DNA of 64,000 nucleotides, from contig CAYSDH010000007.1 in the NCBI GenBank assembly GCA_964429805.1, positions 7,923-71,922 of the forward strand, written 5' to 3'. The notes under the pieces are model-generated. The model saw only the letters and a list, made by a program, of their open reading frames with translations. It did no database searches and was not told where the DNA came from. Numbering within the stretch: the first letter of the stretch is position 1; each line of letters opens with the position of its first letter. The position numbers were made by a program, and so were the translations under genes. The stretch comes from an uncultured Flavobacteriales bacterium (GTDB lineage Bacteria > Bacteroidota > Bacteroidia > Flavobacteriales_D > JABDKJ01). Below, one piece after another: positions 37,149-47,700 of the stretch.

Positions 37149-37850
37149 CTAACCGACAACATCAAAGTCAAAAACATTGGCCAAGTTTAGCAAGAGTTCG
37201 CGCTTCACTTTTTCTAAATCGACTTTTCTGCCTAACTCCTTTTCTAGACTCGTGACTGCCTTGTCATCAATGCCACAGGGTACAATGTTGCCAAAGTAAC
37301 TCAGGTCTGAGTTGACGTTAAATGCAAAGCCATGCATGGTAACCCAGCGACTACACTTCACCCCTAAGGCGGCAATTTTTCTGGACTTTACAGGGTCATC
37401 AGGGTCGAGCCACACGCCTGTCATGCCTTCTAGTCTGCCCGCTTCTATCTGATAATCTTGCAGTGTGAGAATGATGGCCTCCTCGAGTGAGCGCATGTAT
37501 TTTCCTATGTCAGTAAAGAATTGCTCAAGGTCTAAAATGGGATAGCCGACTATCTGCCCGGGGCCGTGATAGGTGATGTCACCACCTCGATTAATCTCAT
37601 AGTAGGTAGCCTCTTTTTCTTCCAGTCCTTTGTCGTCAATCAGCAAGTGATCTACACTCCCACTCTTACCCAGCGTATAGACGTGCGGGTGCTCCACAAA
37701 CAGCAGATGATTTTCTGGCAACACAGGGTCAGTTGACCCTTTATTTGTTTTCTTGAGGTCAACAGCTTTTTTGAGCAAAGACTCTTGAAGGTCCCAGCAC
37801 GCTTTGTAGTCCATCTGACCGAGGTCACGGAAGTGTACTTTAGGTGTCAT
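37149..37850 (-). CDS. lipB: Lipoyl(octanoyl) transferase
   Basis: RGGDITYHGPGQ and the K-containing AALGVK motif typical of LipB. Confidence 0.9.
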   Translation of the reverse strand: MTPKVHFRDLGQMDYKACWDLQESLLKKAVDLKKTNKGSTDPVLPENHLLFVEHPHVYTLGKSGSVDHLLIDDKGLEEKEATYYEINRGGDITYHGPGQIVGYPILDLEQFFTDIGKYMRSLEEAIILTLQDYQIEAGRLEGMTGVWLDPDDPVKSRKIAALGVKCSRWVTMHGFAFNVNSDLSYFGNIVPCGIDDKAVTSLEKELGRKVDLEKVKRELLLNLANVFDFDVVG

Positions 37851-37945
37851 GGTGCAAAGCTATGGAAGGAAAACAAAGGTTGGCCATTTTAAAGCACGGA
37901 TGAGTATTTTCAATTTTATCTATCTTGATGGCAAACCAATCAACC

Positions 37946-38917
37946 ATGAGAACCCTCATTAGTGTGCTTTTGATAGGCATTCCCTTTCTTTTTACTGCTC
38001 AAGATTGGCCATTACCTGATTCTCAATGGTTCTATTCCAAGTGGTCTATTGATACGGGAGGCACAGAGCTGGTCACTGTAACTGGTGACACCATCATTGC
38101 TGATAAGGCCTATAAAAAGTTAATGGTTCACCACACTTCAATTTGGGATACACCTAATGGTGTTGTCACCTCATCGTCAGATGAACTTCTCGGATTTATG
38201 CGCCAAAGTGGAGACTCGGTTTTTCATTTAGAAGCGAATAATGAAGAGTTCTTGTTGTATGATTTCAATGCTGAGCCAGGCGACAGTTGGTTGTGCGCTG
38301 CTAATTCTGGAATGGGTAGTGACGAATCCTGCTCAGACTCTGCCTATGTGCATGTGACCAATAGTGGTAGCATGCTTGTAAATGGTGTTGTTAGACGGTT
38401 TTTAGAGCTTGAACCTAATAGTGATTCTAGTTGGGGGATTCAAGGTCTTGTAATTGAAGGTATAGGGCCCACTGGGGGGTCAACGGCTTTGGGAAATAGA
38501 ATGTTTCCATTCCAACGTTGCTGTGATTCGACCATAGTCTGCGATTTCGGAATGACTTCTTTCAACTGCTACACTGATTCGGAAATTGGTCTGTATCACC
38601 CTAATCCATTTACTGAATGTTTAGAAGCACTCAGCGCAAATGACTTGTCAGTAAATCCGTTTTTACTTCATCATAATCCAAGCCGCGACTTTTTCATACT
38701 TGCTGCGCCTGAGTCATTTGATTTTGGAAGTTTTCGTTCCGTCAGCCTTCTTGACTTAATGGGAAAGACCGTGATGTCTATTCCCGTAGCACATACTGAT
38801 TTGAGAAGCGGTGCAGAAAGCCTCTCCTTGGACATACGCTCCATTCCGGTTGGCGTATATTTCATTTTGATAGAGACTAAGAGTAGACTTTATTCTCTAA
38901 AAGCAATGAAAAAATAA
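37946..38917 (+). CDS. Hypothetical T9SS type-A cargo protein
   Basis: Start at ATG 37946 (MRTLISVLLIGIPFLFTAQ). C-terminal HHNPSRDFFIL...IPVGVYFILIETKSRLYSLKAMKK resembles Por_Secre_tail. Confidence 0.6.
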   Translation: MRTLISVLLIGIPFLFTAQDWPLPDSQWFYSKWSIDTGGTELVTVTGDTIIADKAYKKLMVHHTSIWDTPNGVVTSSSDELLGFMRQSGDSVFHLEANNEEFLLYDFNAEPGDSWLCAANSGMGSDESCSDSAYVHVTNSGSMLVNGVVRRFLELEPNSDSSWGIQGLVIEGIGPTGGSTALGNRMFPFQRCCDSTIVCDFGMTSFNCYTDSEIGLYHPNPFTECLEALSANDLSVNPFLLHHNPSRDFFILAAPESFDFGSFRSVSLLDLMGKTVMSIPVAHTDLRSGAESLSLDIRSIPVGVYFILIETKSRLYSLKAMKK

Positions 38918-38947
38918 GTGGCGTGCTCACTCGCCAACTTGCACAGA

Positions 38948-39949
38948 TTAGAGCTTAGCCAACTCCCCTTTTAGGTAGTCAATGATATTTACTTCAACGG
39001 CATCAACGCCATTGAGGTCAGAGAGATACCAGGAAATCCAGTCGCCTAGGTAGATGAGATAATACGACCGCTGAATGATTGAATCTCCCTTCGCATGCAC
39101 TTGGATTACTTCCTTGGCCTTCTCGCCAAAGATTTTGGCGCAAAGATCCATTCGTACAGATGTTCTCGGGTGGTCTCCACTCGTGCGCATCAACAAGACA
39201 CTTACGCGCTCATCTCCACCAGCCCAACCGACCAGCTCATTGTGATTCATCTCAGGAAAAACGTGATGCCAGCATAACTGCTTTGAGTTTTCGTTAATCT
39301 GTTGACGGATACGCACGCACACTCCGTTATACGAAGAGTCTGCATATAGAATTGGGATAGTTCCGTGCACCTTTTTCGCAATCTCTTCGCCTTCTGCACG
39401 GATGGCCGCGTCATTACTTTTAAGCAAGTCAATAGACTTTTGCAAGTCAGCCTTAAATCCATCACTAATAAGTCCATATCGGTGAAGATGAAAGAGCAGC
39501 ATTGGACTGTTCAGACCAAAGCTACCGCGTGGAGGTATTCCTGCAGGAATCTGAATGTGATTAAGCCCTTTTGCTTTTGCCGTCTCGAGTACTTTTCCTC
39601 CAGATGTCACGCAGCAGACTTCTGCTCCTTTTGACAAGGCCACTTCCATGGCGCTCACAGTTTCTTCTGTATTACCAGAGTAAGAACTGAGTATGACCAA
39701 TGTGTTAGAGTCAATATAACTCGGTAGCGAATAGTCTTTGCTCACATTGAGCGGAATAGGAAGTTCATCTTTCAGAAGCTGAGCCACTATCGTTCCTCCA
39801 ATACCAGATCCACCAAGGCCTACAACCATAATGTTGGTAAACGTTCTATCCGTAGACTTAAACTCCGCAGCCCCACCAATCTCGAGAGCCTGCTCCATCT
39901 GCTGGGCGAACTCTTCGATGTACTCATTCATTTTCCTATACATACTCAA
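38948..39949 (-). CDS. SIS-domain bifunctional phosphoglucose/phosphomannose isomerase family protein
   Basis: VVGLGGSGIGG and SYSGNTEET motifs. The start is ambiguous (TTG 39949, ATG 39943 or ATG 39931). Confidence 0.75.
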   Translation of the reverse strand: MSMYRKMNEYIEEFAQQMEQALEIGGAAEFKSTDRTFTNIMVVGLGGSGIGGTIVAQLLKDELPIPLNVSKDYSLPSYIDSNTLVILSSYSGNTEETVSAMEVALSKGAEVCCVTSGGKVLETAKAKGLNHIQIPAGIPPRGSFGLNSPMLLFHLHRYGLISDGFKADLQKSIDLLKSNDAAIRAEGEEIAKKVHGTIPILYADSSYNGVCVRIRQQINENSKQLCWHHVFPEMNHNELVGWAGGDERVSVLLMRTSGDHPRTSVRMDLCAKIFGEKAKEVIQVHAKGDSIIQRSYYLIYLGDWISWYLSDLNGVDAVEVNIIDYLKGELAKL

Positions 39950-40002
39950 ACTTAATTAAGTCGGTGAAGATACCAAACCATAGGTTAATTCAAGCGCCTT
40001 GG

Positions 40003-40010
40003 TATCTTTG
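40003..40010 (+). promoter_or_regulatory. Candidate -7 promoter element (TATCTTTG) for lysS
   Basis: Exact TAnnTTTG match ending 15 nt upstream of ATG 40026. Confidence 0.4.
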
Positions 40011-40025
40011 TCAAAACGTTAAGAA

Positions 40026-41729
40026 ATGGCTTTATCCGAGCAAGAACAGGTAAGACGAGATGCCTTGACCAAACTGCGTGACAAGGGAATAGAACCTTAT
40101 CCGGCAGCACAAGTGCACACTGACCACAGCAGTGCAGACATTCGCGAACGATTTGAAGACGGGAAATCAGTCAAGATGGCTGGTCGTATCATGAGTAAAC
40201 GGATCATGGGAAAAGCCTCGTTTGCCGAGATGATGGACGGTGAAGGTAGAGTACAGCTCTACTTCAACAGAGATGAAATGTGCCCTGGAGAAGATAAGTC
40301 TGCCTATAATGATGTCTTTAAAAAGCTTCTGGATTTTGGTGACTTCGTGTCCATCACAGGAACTCAATTTACTACGCAGGTAGGGGAGAAATCAGTGGCG
40401 GTTACAGACTTTGCCATTATTTCAAAATCACTGCGCCCGCTGCCCGTGGTCAAGACAGATGCAGATGGAAAAGTGCATGACGCGTTTACTGACCCCGAGG
40501 GTCGCTACCGTATGCGGTATGTAGATCTTTTGGTCAATGAGGGTGTCAAAGACATCTTTGTCAAGCGGAGCAAAGTGTTCTCATCTATGCGTTCATTTTT
40601 TGGTGAGCATGGATACATAGAGGTAGAGACACCAATACTTCAGCCCATACCTGGCGGTGCGGCCGCACGCCCATTTATCACGCATCACAATGCGCTAGAC
40701 GTGCAGCAGTACATGCGTATCGCCTGCGAGTTGTATCTCAAAAAACTGATTGTTGGTGGTTTTGACGGTGTCTATGAGTTTGCCAAGACCTTTAGAAATG
40801 AAGGCTTAGACCGCACGCACAATCCAGAGTTTACCATGATGGAAATCTACGTGACCTACAAAGATTACAACTGGATGATGGACTTCACCGAAGCCATGCT
40901 CAAGCGTGTGTGCAAAGATGTGCTTGATGGATATACTGTAAAGAGTGGTGACAAGACCATTGACTTTGAGCAGCCATTTAAGCGAGTCACCATGACTGAT
41001 GCCATCAAAGAGCATACAGGGTTTGACATTAAAGGAAAGACAGAAGAAGAGCTCAGCGCGTGGTGCAAGTCAAACGGTATTGAGGTGGATGACACCATGG
41101 GTCGCGGTAAATTGATTGACGAGATATTTGGAGAAAAGTGTGAGCCACATTACATCCAACCGACATTCATCACCGACTACCCTATCGAGATGTCACCACT
41201 CTGCAAAGTGCACCGCGATGACCCTACTTTGACTGAGCGATTTGAGCTGATGGTTAATGGTAAGGAACTTGCCAATGCCTATTCTGAGCTGAATGACCCA
41301 ATAGATCAGCGCGCCCGATTTGAAGCCCAAATGAAACTGGCTGACCGTGGAGATGACGAAGCCATGTTTATCGATCACGACTTCCTCCGTGCCTTGGAGT
41401 ATGGTATGCCTCCTACCTCTGGAATGGGAATAGGAATTGACAGATTAGTGATGCTACTCACAGAACAGAGCAGTATACAAGAGGTGCTCCTCTTTCCGCA
41501 AATGAGACCAGAAAAAGCGGAAACTGATCAGCCAAGTGTAGACCTAAATGAGAATGAGCAGTTGGTCTTTTCTATTCTAGAAAAAGAACGCAGCATGGAA
41601 CTCAACACACTCAAAGCGCAATCTGCCCTATCAAACAAACAATGGGACAAGACCATCAAAGGACTGCGCGGACATGGCTTGGTGAACGTGGAGAAGACAG
41701 ATGATGCGTTGCTGATTGAGGTGCTTTGA
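40026..41729 (+). CDS. lysS: Lysine--tRNA ligase (class II) with C-terminal extension
   Basis: OB-fold N-domain and class II motifs (FRNEG, GIGIDRLVMLL). About 65 extra C-terminal residues, as in other Bacteroidota LysS. Confidence 0.93.
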   Translation: MALSEQEQVRRDALTKLRDKGIEPYPAAQVHTDHSSADIRERFEDGKSVKMAGRIMSKRIMGKASFAEMMDGEGRVQLYFNRDEMCPGEDKSAYNDVFKKLLDFGDFVSITGTQFTTQVGEKSVAVTDFAIISKSLRPLPVVKTDADGKVHDAFTDPEGRYRMRYVDLLVNEGVKDIFVKRSKVFSSMRSFFGEHGYIEVETPILQPIPGGAAARPFITHHNALDVQQYMRIACELYLKKLIVGGFDGVYEFAKTFRNEGLDRTHNPEFTMMEIYVTYKDYNWMMDFTEAMLKRVCKDVLDGYTVKSGDKTIDFEQPFKRVTMTDAIKEHTGFDIKGKTEEELSAWCKSNGIEVDDTMGRGKLIDEIFGEKCEPHYIQPTFITDYPIEMSPLCKVHRDDPTLTERFELMVNGKELANAYSELNDPIDQRARFEAQMKLADRGDDEAMFIDHDFLRALEYGMPPTSGMGIGIDRLVMLLTEQSSIQEVLLFPQMRPEKAETDQPSVDLNENEQLVFSILEKERSMELNTLKAQSALSNKQWDKTIKGLRGHGLVNVEKTDDALLIEVL

Positions 41730-41786
41730 GTTGATATAATCGCCTCAGATTACAAGTCTCTTTGTTGTATTAATTAATAACTTGTT

Positions 41787-42365
41787 ATGATGAAGAACCC
41801 GCTGCTACTGCTTTGTTTGTCTGCCATTCTAGTTTTCGCTTGCACGAGAAAGGATGATGCCGATACTTACGCATGCACCTGTCCACCGTTTTCTCAAGCA
41901 TACGCTAGTGTGCCACCGACTGAAATGAGCTTTGTCAGTGGAGACTCCGTGATGTTGTTCAATCGCTCTTTTTTCAGACATGGAGAGACCGTCTATCTTG
42001 ATGATCAGCACGGATTTGGAGGAATGGCCTGCGTGTCTGCTTGCTATGGAACAAAGTCTTGTGTAAAGTATAGATTCCATGCCAACTCTACGTCAATCGA
42101 AATAGCTGCTAGAGTCAATGAAGAGAAGGATGAAGGCTTTGATTTTTTCTTTTCACCAGGTCAAACGCATACTAGTTTTTATGACCATGAACATGTCTTG
42201 CTAAATTCAGTCACGCTAAACAATGTTCTTTACCACAACGTGCTGCTCTATACAAGCGAAGAACCGGCTGCGGTCGACAACATTTATTTCTCAAACTCTC
42301 ACTACTTGATCCAATTTGACTTGATGCAAGACTCCACGTTGATGACCTATCATCGAGTCTTTTAG
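41787..42365 (+). CDS. Hypothetical lipoprotein
   Basis: 192-aa ORF with leader MMKNPLLLLCLSAILVFAC (lipobox-like). No family recognised. Confidence 0.45.
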   Translation: MMKNPLLLLCLSAILVFACTRKDDADTYACTCPPFSQAYASVPPTEMSFVSGDSVMLFNRSFFRHGETVYLDDQHGFGGMACVSACYGTKSCVKYRFHANSTSIEIAARVNEEKDEGFDFFFSPGQTHTSFYDHEHVLLNSVTLNNVLYHNVLLYTSEEPAAVDNIYFSNSHYLIQFDLMQDSTLMTYHRVF

Positions 42366-42453
42366 ATAAGCGCTATTCTGAGAAACAAAAAGCCCTAAAC
42401 TCTCGTAGACAAAGCCAAAGTAGAGCCTTTGACAATCAAGGTTTTGCGAGCTA

Positions 42454-44391
42454 TTGAGAGTATTGAACACGCATAAATGCCGCCACCTGGCTTCAGGATG
42501 GCTCATTTTCATGGTATGTGCCGTGATGATGGGGCTTCCTGCTACGTCTTATTCTCAGTGCGACACATTGTCTTTCACCAACCCAAGTGCCGAAGGTCCT
42601 GGGTATCCCGCTGGCTGGCACAATTGTCAAGGCACATCAAATCCTCAGCCTGGTTTATTTGGTTGCACCACAGTCGCATCACATGGCAACAATTTTCTAG
42701 GATTTCACTCCAGCGATGCTGGTGGCGAAATCATCCATCAAGAACTTAGTCAGGCGCTCACTGTCGGACAGACGTACAACATCATTTTTGACCTGGCTGT
42801 AACACCTAACTGGGCCAACCCTGTGACCTGGGGCGGTGGCGGATTCGGAAATCACAGCGGACATGTCGAAGTCTACGCCTCTACTGGTCCTTGCGGTCTT
42901 GAGCAATTGATTGGCAGTACTCAAATTATAGAGTCTAGCATGAGCTGGGTAAGTATTGATATCACGTTCATAGCTGAAAACGCGCATCAGTATATCTCAT
43001 TTGTACCTTATGATGAACAGGGTCTCTGGACATACTTTGGCATAGACAACCTCCGCAATGGGCACAACTGTGACTGCTTTCCCGTAGCATCAAGTCAAGA
43101 AAATGTGAGCATCTGTGAGGGTGAGTCACATACCGTTGGCGCCCAGACTTATAGCACTGCTGGACAATACAGCAACACGCTAAATTCTGTGTTTAACTGT
43201 GATTCTACCGTGTTAACCTCCTTGACGGTCTACCCTACTTATTACTCAGAAGAGAGTATGGAAATCTGCACGGGGAGTGCGTATCAGGGCTTCAGTCAAA
43301 CCGGAGTTCACAGTCTAAATCTGCAAAGTATGCATGGCTGCGATAGCATACGCACCATTGACCTTACAGTGAGCAACAGCCTCACTGCGCGCGATACACT
43401 TGTCATCTGCCAAGGCGAATCCGTGATGATTAATAATCAGGTAGTGTCAGAAGAGGGGGAATACTCCTCGGCACATCAGGCTGTGGCAGGTTGTGACTCG
43501 CTGCACATCACCACGCTCATCATTCAAGAACCGACAGTGAGTCAACAGCAGCTCTTGGTGTGTGACGAGGGGCCAGTACAAATCGGGGCGAGTGTCTATG
43601 ACAGTGACGGGTATTATGCCGACACTTTACAAACGGTGCATGGTTGCGACTCTATCATCATTACCGAACTAAAGTTTATGCATGCCAATGACATTTTGCC
43701 TGACGATGAGGTGCTCTGCCAAGGTGATCAAGTATATATCGATCTGAGTGGATATGAAGTTGACTTCCTCTTTTGGAACGACAATTTCGCTAGCCCATTT
43801 ATTAGCCTAGAGTCTAGTGGTACACATTACGTAGATCTGTTTTGGGGCGCATGCCATGTGAGCGATACCATCAGTCTGGAGTTTCACTCAGAGCCTCCAT
43901 CAGATATTGACACCTTGCTTTGCTACGGTGACGAGTATCCTATTACGATAGACCATCTTGGCGGCACCATTGCTTGGGAGGATGGGTATCACGAAGAGGA
44001 TTTTATAATCGAAGAGGTGGCTGACATGAGTGCTCAAATAGAAAATGTCTGTGGCTCTTTTGACTTTCACGTCCGTGTTGATTTTCAAGATTGTGAGTGC
44101 CCCATCTTTGTCCCCAACTCATTTAGCCCAAATGACGATGGCATAAACGACAGCTTTGGCGTTAACCATGACTGTGAGTTTTTGAAGTATGAGTTTTATG
44201 TCTACGACAGATTCGGTCAGATACTCTTTGAAAGCAATGACCCAAACGACAGGTGGAACGGCAACTTCCCACAAACACCTGTCGCGGTGGCCAACAGCTC
44301 ATATACGTGGCTAATGAACTACGGGGCAATAACACCAGCCGGTAAGTTTGACTACCAGTTGATGCGTGGCACTGTTACGGTGATGAGGTGA
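42454..44391 (+). CDS. T9SS type-B cargo protein (gliding motility-associated C-terminal domain) with jelly-roll-like N-domain and Cys repeats
   Basis: C-terminus VPNSFSPNDDGINDSFGV...YVYDRFGQILFES...WNG...GTVTVMR matches the type-B (CHU_C / TIGR04131-like) CTD. TTG start with signal-like WLIFMVCAVMMGLPATSYSQ. Confidence 0.75.
   Translation: MRVLNTHKCRHLASGWLIFMVCAVMMGLPATSYSQCDTLSFTNPSAEGPGYPAGWHNCQGTSNPQPGLFGCTTVASHGNNFLGFHSSDAGGEIIHQELSQALTVGQTYNIIFDLAVTPNWANPVTWGGGGFGNHSGHVEVYASTGPCGLEQLIGSTQIIESSMSWVSIDITFIAENAHQYISFVPYDEQGLWTYFGIDNLRNGHNCDCFPVASSQENVSICEGESHTVGAQTYSTAGQYSNTLNSVFNCDSTVLTSLTVYPTYYSEESMEICTGSAYQGFSQTGVHSLNLQSMHGCDSIRTIDLTVSNSLTARDTLVICQGESVMINNQVVSEEGEYSSAHQAVAGCDSLHITTLIIQEPTVSQQQLLVCDEGPVQIGASVYDSDGYYADTLQTVHGCDSIIITELKFMHANDILPDDEVLCQGDQVYIDLSGYEVDFLFWNDNFASPFISLESSGTHYVDLFWGACHVSDTISLEFHSEPPSDIDTLLCYGDEYPITIDHLGGTIAWEDGYHEEDFIIEEVADMSAQIENVCGSFDFHVRVDFQDCECPIFVPNSFSPNDDGINDSFGVNHDCEFLKYEFYVYDRFGQILFESNDPNDRWNGNFPQTPVAVANSSYTWLMNYGAITPAGKFDYQLMRGTVTVMR
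43114..43677 (+). repeat. Four tandem ~47-aa protein repeats, each starting CxG/CxEG and ending (G/N)CDS + beta-strand
   Basis: CEGESHTVGAQTYSTAGQYSNTLNSVFNCDSTVLTSLTV / CTGSAYQGFSQTGVHSLNLQSMHGCDSIRTIDLTV / CQGESVMINNQVVSEEGEYSSAHQAVAGCDSLHITTLII / CDEGPVQIGASVYDSDGYYADTLQTVHGCDSIIITELKF. Confidence 0.7.
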
Positions 44392-44655
44392 TTAAGGCTT
44401 TGACCCATTCTTTTTTCCAAACAGACCGAAGTCTACTCCTTTCAGATAGGCCATAGCCGATATGACTACATAAGCCGCCATACCTTCATCCAAATTTCCG
44501 ATTACCGGTATGTTGTCTGGTATGAGCTCAAAAAACCCAGCGGTCGGATTGAGCAGGTATATACCACAGAGAATAGCGGCAATAATAATCAGTGGTTTGT
44601 TAGCGTCCTTTGCCTCAGCAGGAGTTCTGTCTAAAGGTTCTTGGTGAATATCCAT
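44392..44655 (-). CDS. DUF1232 (YkvA-like) small membrane protein
   Basis: 87 aa. FELIPDNIPVIGNLDEG matches the DUF1232 PDxIPxxGxxDD pattern. Confidence 0.65.
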   Translation of the reverse strand: MDIHQEPLDRTPAEAKDANKPLIIIAAILCGIYLLNPTAGFFELIPDNIPVIGNLDEGMAAYVVISAMAYLKGVDFGLFGKKNGSKP

Positions 44656-44767
44656 ACTTGAATAACGGCAATTATCGTGCTAATCGTCTCATTTCTCATA
44701 AAACATACATGGATGGACTTCAATTAATGCTTCATAATGAGCGAACTAGCCTATATTCTAGTTAATT

Positions 44768-44775
44768 TAGGTTTG
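44768..44775 (+). promoter_or_regulatory. Candidate -7 promoter element (TAGGTTTG)
   Basis: Exact TAnnTTTG match ending 18 nt upstream of ATG 44794. Confidence 0.4.
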
Positions 44776-44793
44776 AATTGAAAAACCGAAACC

Positions 44794-47700
44794 ATGATGA
44801 AACCACTGATTCGCCTCGCTGTTCTATGCTCCTATCTGCTATGCGCAACCCTCACTTACGGACACCCGTATTCTTCGAATGTAGCACTCAGTGCTGACCT
44901 ACCTGAGCCTATCGCCAATCTTTCGGTAAATCCTAGCCTGCCTCTTGACTCTTGCGCTGGGCCTGACAACAGTATCACCCTCTGTGTGAATGCCTCAGCT
45001 TTTGACTTACTAGACTTAATTGATGAAAGTGTCCAAGGAAACGGTATGTGGCAAGATGGCTCTGGTTCAGGGAGCAACATGTTTGAACCTTCTGCTGCGG
45101 GTATAGGCACGCATACATTCTTTTACGATGTAGATTGTGGTGGAGGATATATTGCCACTTCTACTATAACGGTCACAGTTACTAACCCTCCTTCTGCCGG
45201 ACAGGACCTCTTGTTGAATCCTTGCCAAGAGCCAGGCATTAATCTGTTTTTAGACCTCGAAGCCCAGCTCATTGGGTTAGGGGCAAACTCTGGAGGACAG
45301 TTCCTCTACTCTGGCAATCCAAATGCTCTCGATGGAATGTTATTTCTAAATGGCTCAACGTTCAATTTTGGGCAATCTGGAATCGGACTTTTCGAGTTCT
45401 TATACATTGTTGATGGTAATGGATGCGAAGAAGATACTTCTGTTGTTGGGGTTGGTGTAGTACAAACCATATTTGTCAATGCCGGCAATGATACAGAGTC
45501 ATGTGGTGGCCAACCGGTGATTATAAATGGTTCTGTGTCGCCTGATATGGTGCCGTTTCAATGGTCTAGCAGTGGTGATGGGTCTTTTATTAATGGCTCT
45601 TCTGCTAACCCTGAGTATGTGCCAGGTACCCAAGATTACCTCGATGGACAGGTCACTATATCAATCTCTTCAAGTGCCCAAGTGCCTCCGTCATGCTCAG
45701 CGAGCAATACGAACGACTCCATGGTTCTTACAATAATTGATAATCCAGATGCTGGCCCTGACACGAGTATAACCGTCTGCGGTTTGTCGGCAAATTTGAT
45801 GAGTTATTTTGCACAACCAAACGGTACGTTTACCGGTCCTAATGGGTTCATCAGTGTTGATGGGTCAGTAAGTGCTTACCAATATGGAGACAACGTCTTC
45901 ACGTATTCTGTAGGCAGCGGTCAATGCATTGACCAGGCTCAAATCACCGTTACTTTTTTGCCTGATGGCGATGCTGGAAATGACTATACTCTTACTTCTT
46001 GCACAGAACCCGGCACGGCTATTTCTATAGACATCGGTGATTTGCTCAATGGTAATGAAAACGGGGTGTTAAGTTATACCGGAAACCCCGATGCGATAGA
46101 CGGTATGCCGTACGTAGACGGTACGTTTTTCTCGACATCTGTCTATGGCGCTTACGAGTTTTACTATGTAGTGAATACTCCAACTTGTGGTATTGATACT
46201 TCCCTTGTTCAGTTTACACTCATTCCAGCACCAGAAGTAGACATAGGGCCTGACATTGACATCTGCTGCGGTGATACTGTCTTTTTAGACGCATCGGTTT
46301 CTGCTGGTTATGACAGCTTACTGTGGAGCTCACTTGGTGACGGGGTATTTCTCGATAATGGCGATACTATCTCGGCCTATGTGCCTGGCGCTGTAGATTG
46401 CGCATCTGGTCAAATATATATTACACTCACGGCATTAGACTATGACTTGACATGCATCAATCCGGGCACTACTGACGCCTTGTTTGTGGATGTCATCGGG
46501 TTTGCTCTTGCGGGTAATGATGCGGTGATTTGCGGAGACACCTCATATGTGTTAGGAGGCTGGGAAAACCCCGATGGTTCAATTTCATGGTCAACTTCAG
46601 GAGATGGTCTTTTTTCTGACCCCAGCGACCCTGAGGCAACATACACGGCTGGAACAAATGACCTCAACGGTGGCCCTGTAGATCTCGTGTTGACTTCAAT
46701 TACGAGCGGGTGTACTAACTTGACCGACACAGTCACTCTTGAGTTTTTCAATGCGAATGATCCTATCTGTCAATCTGATGTGTCGGGCATGGTTTTTCAT
46801 GATGCTGATTTCAATAGTATTTTCAATGGCTTAGATGTTGGGCTTGCATTTCAAACCGTTGTCCTTGAGCCAGGTGGTTATGTGGGCATAACCAATGACT
46901 TCGGTCAATTCCTTTTCGAAGAGGTGCCTGTAGGTGAGTATACTATTTCTGTAAACTTCAATGTGCTATTTCCCTTTAATACAACAAGTGCTACAGTAGA
47001 CTTGACTGTCGGTGCAGAAAATCCTGACCCAGTGCTTTTCGGCTTGTCTGAGCAAATGCTCGAGTATGGCATTTGCATTGACCTCTATCCACTTGGCAAC
47101 GGCTATCCTTGCGATGAGTTGAGTAATCACAACATCTGTTTTCGCAATATGAGCAACTCTACAATAGATGGAGTTGTCGAGATAGAATATGACCCTTTAT
47201 TTCAAGGGTTTGCCGAGGTTACTCCAATAGATTCTGCCTATGACAATAAGATATGGATGAGCTTTGAAAATCTACAACCAGGAATCATGTATTTCTACGA
47301 TGTTGAGTTACACACCCCTACAGTTGACTATATAGGTGAATTCTTGACCAGCACAGCGCGCATTTGGGGTGTCAATCAAAATGATACCGTAGCCTATGGT
47401 GAACAAGTATTAGAATTGGAGGTTACATGCGCTTATGACCCTAATGACAAGCAAGTGTTTCCAATAGGGTACAGTGACTCTCATTATATTGAGAGTAACA
47501 CAGAATTAGAGTACCTGATTAGGTTTCAGAATACAGGAAATGCACCCGCGACAGACGTACGGGTGATTGATACGCTCAGTGCAGACTTAGACATCAGCAC
47601 ATTCGAGCTTGTTGCAAATTCGCACTCTGTCTTCACCAGCATTGACCCCAATACTCGAGTTGTTGACTTCTATTTCCAAGACATCATGCTGCCAGACTCA

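Noticed and set aside
39947-39954. TAAGTTTG -7-like motif on the minus strand upstream of the SIS isomerase gene
   Set aside because: The motif's terminal TTG is the track's own TTG start codon, so promoter and start calls conflict. I could not decide between TTG 39949, ATG 39943 and ATG 39931, so I made no promoter call.
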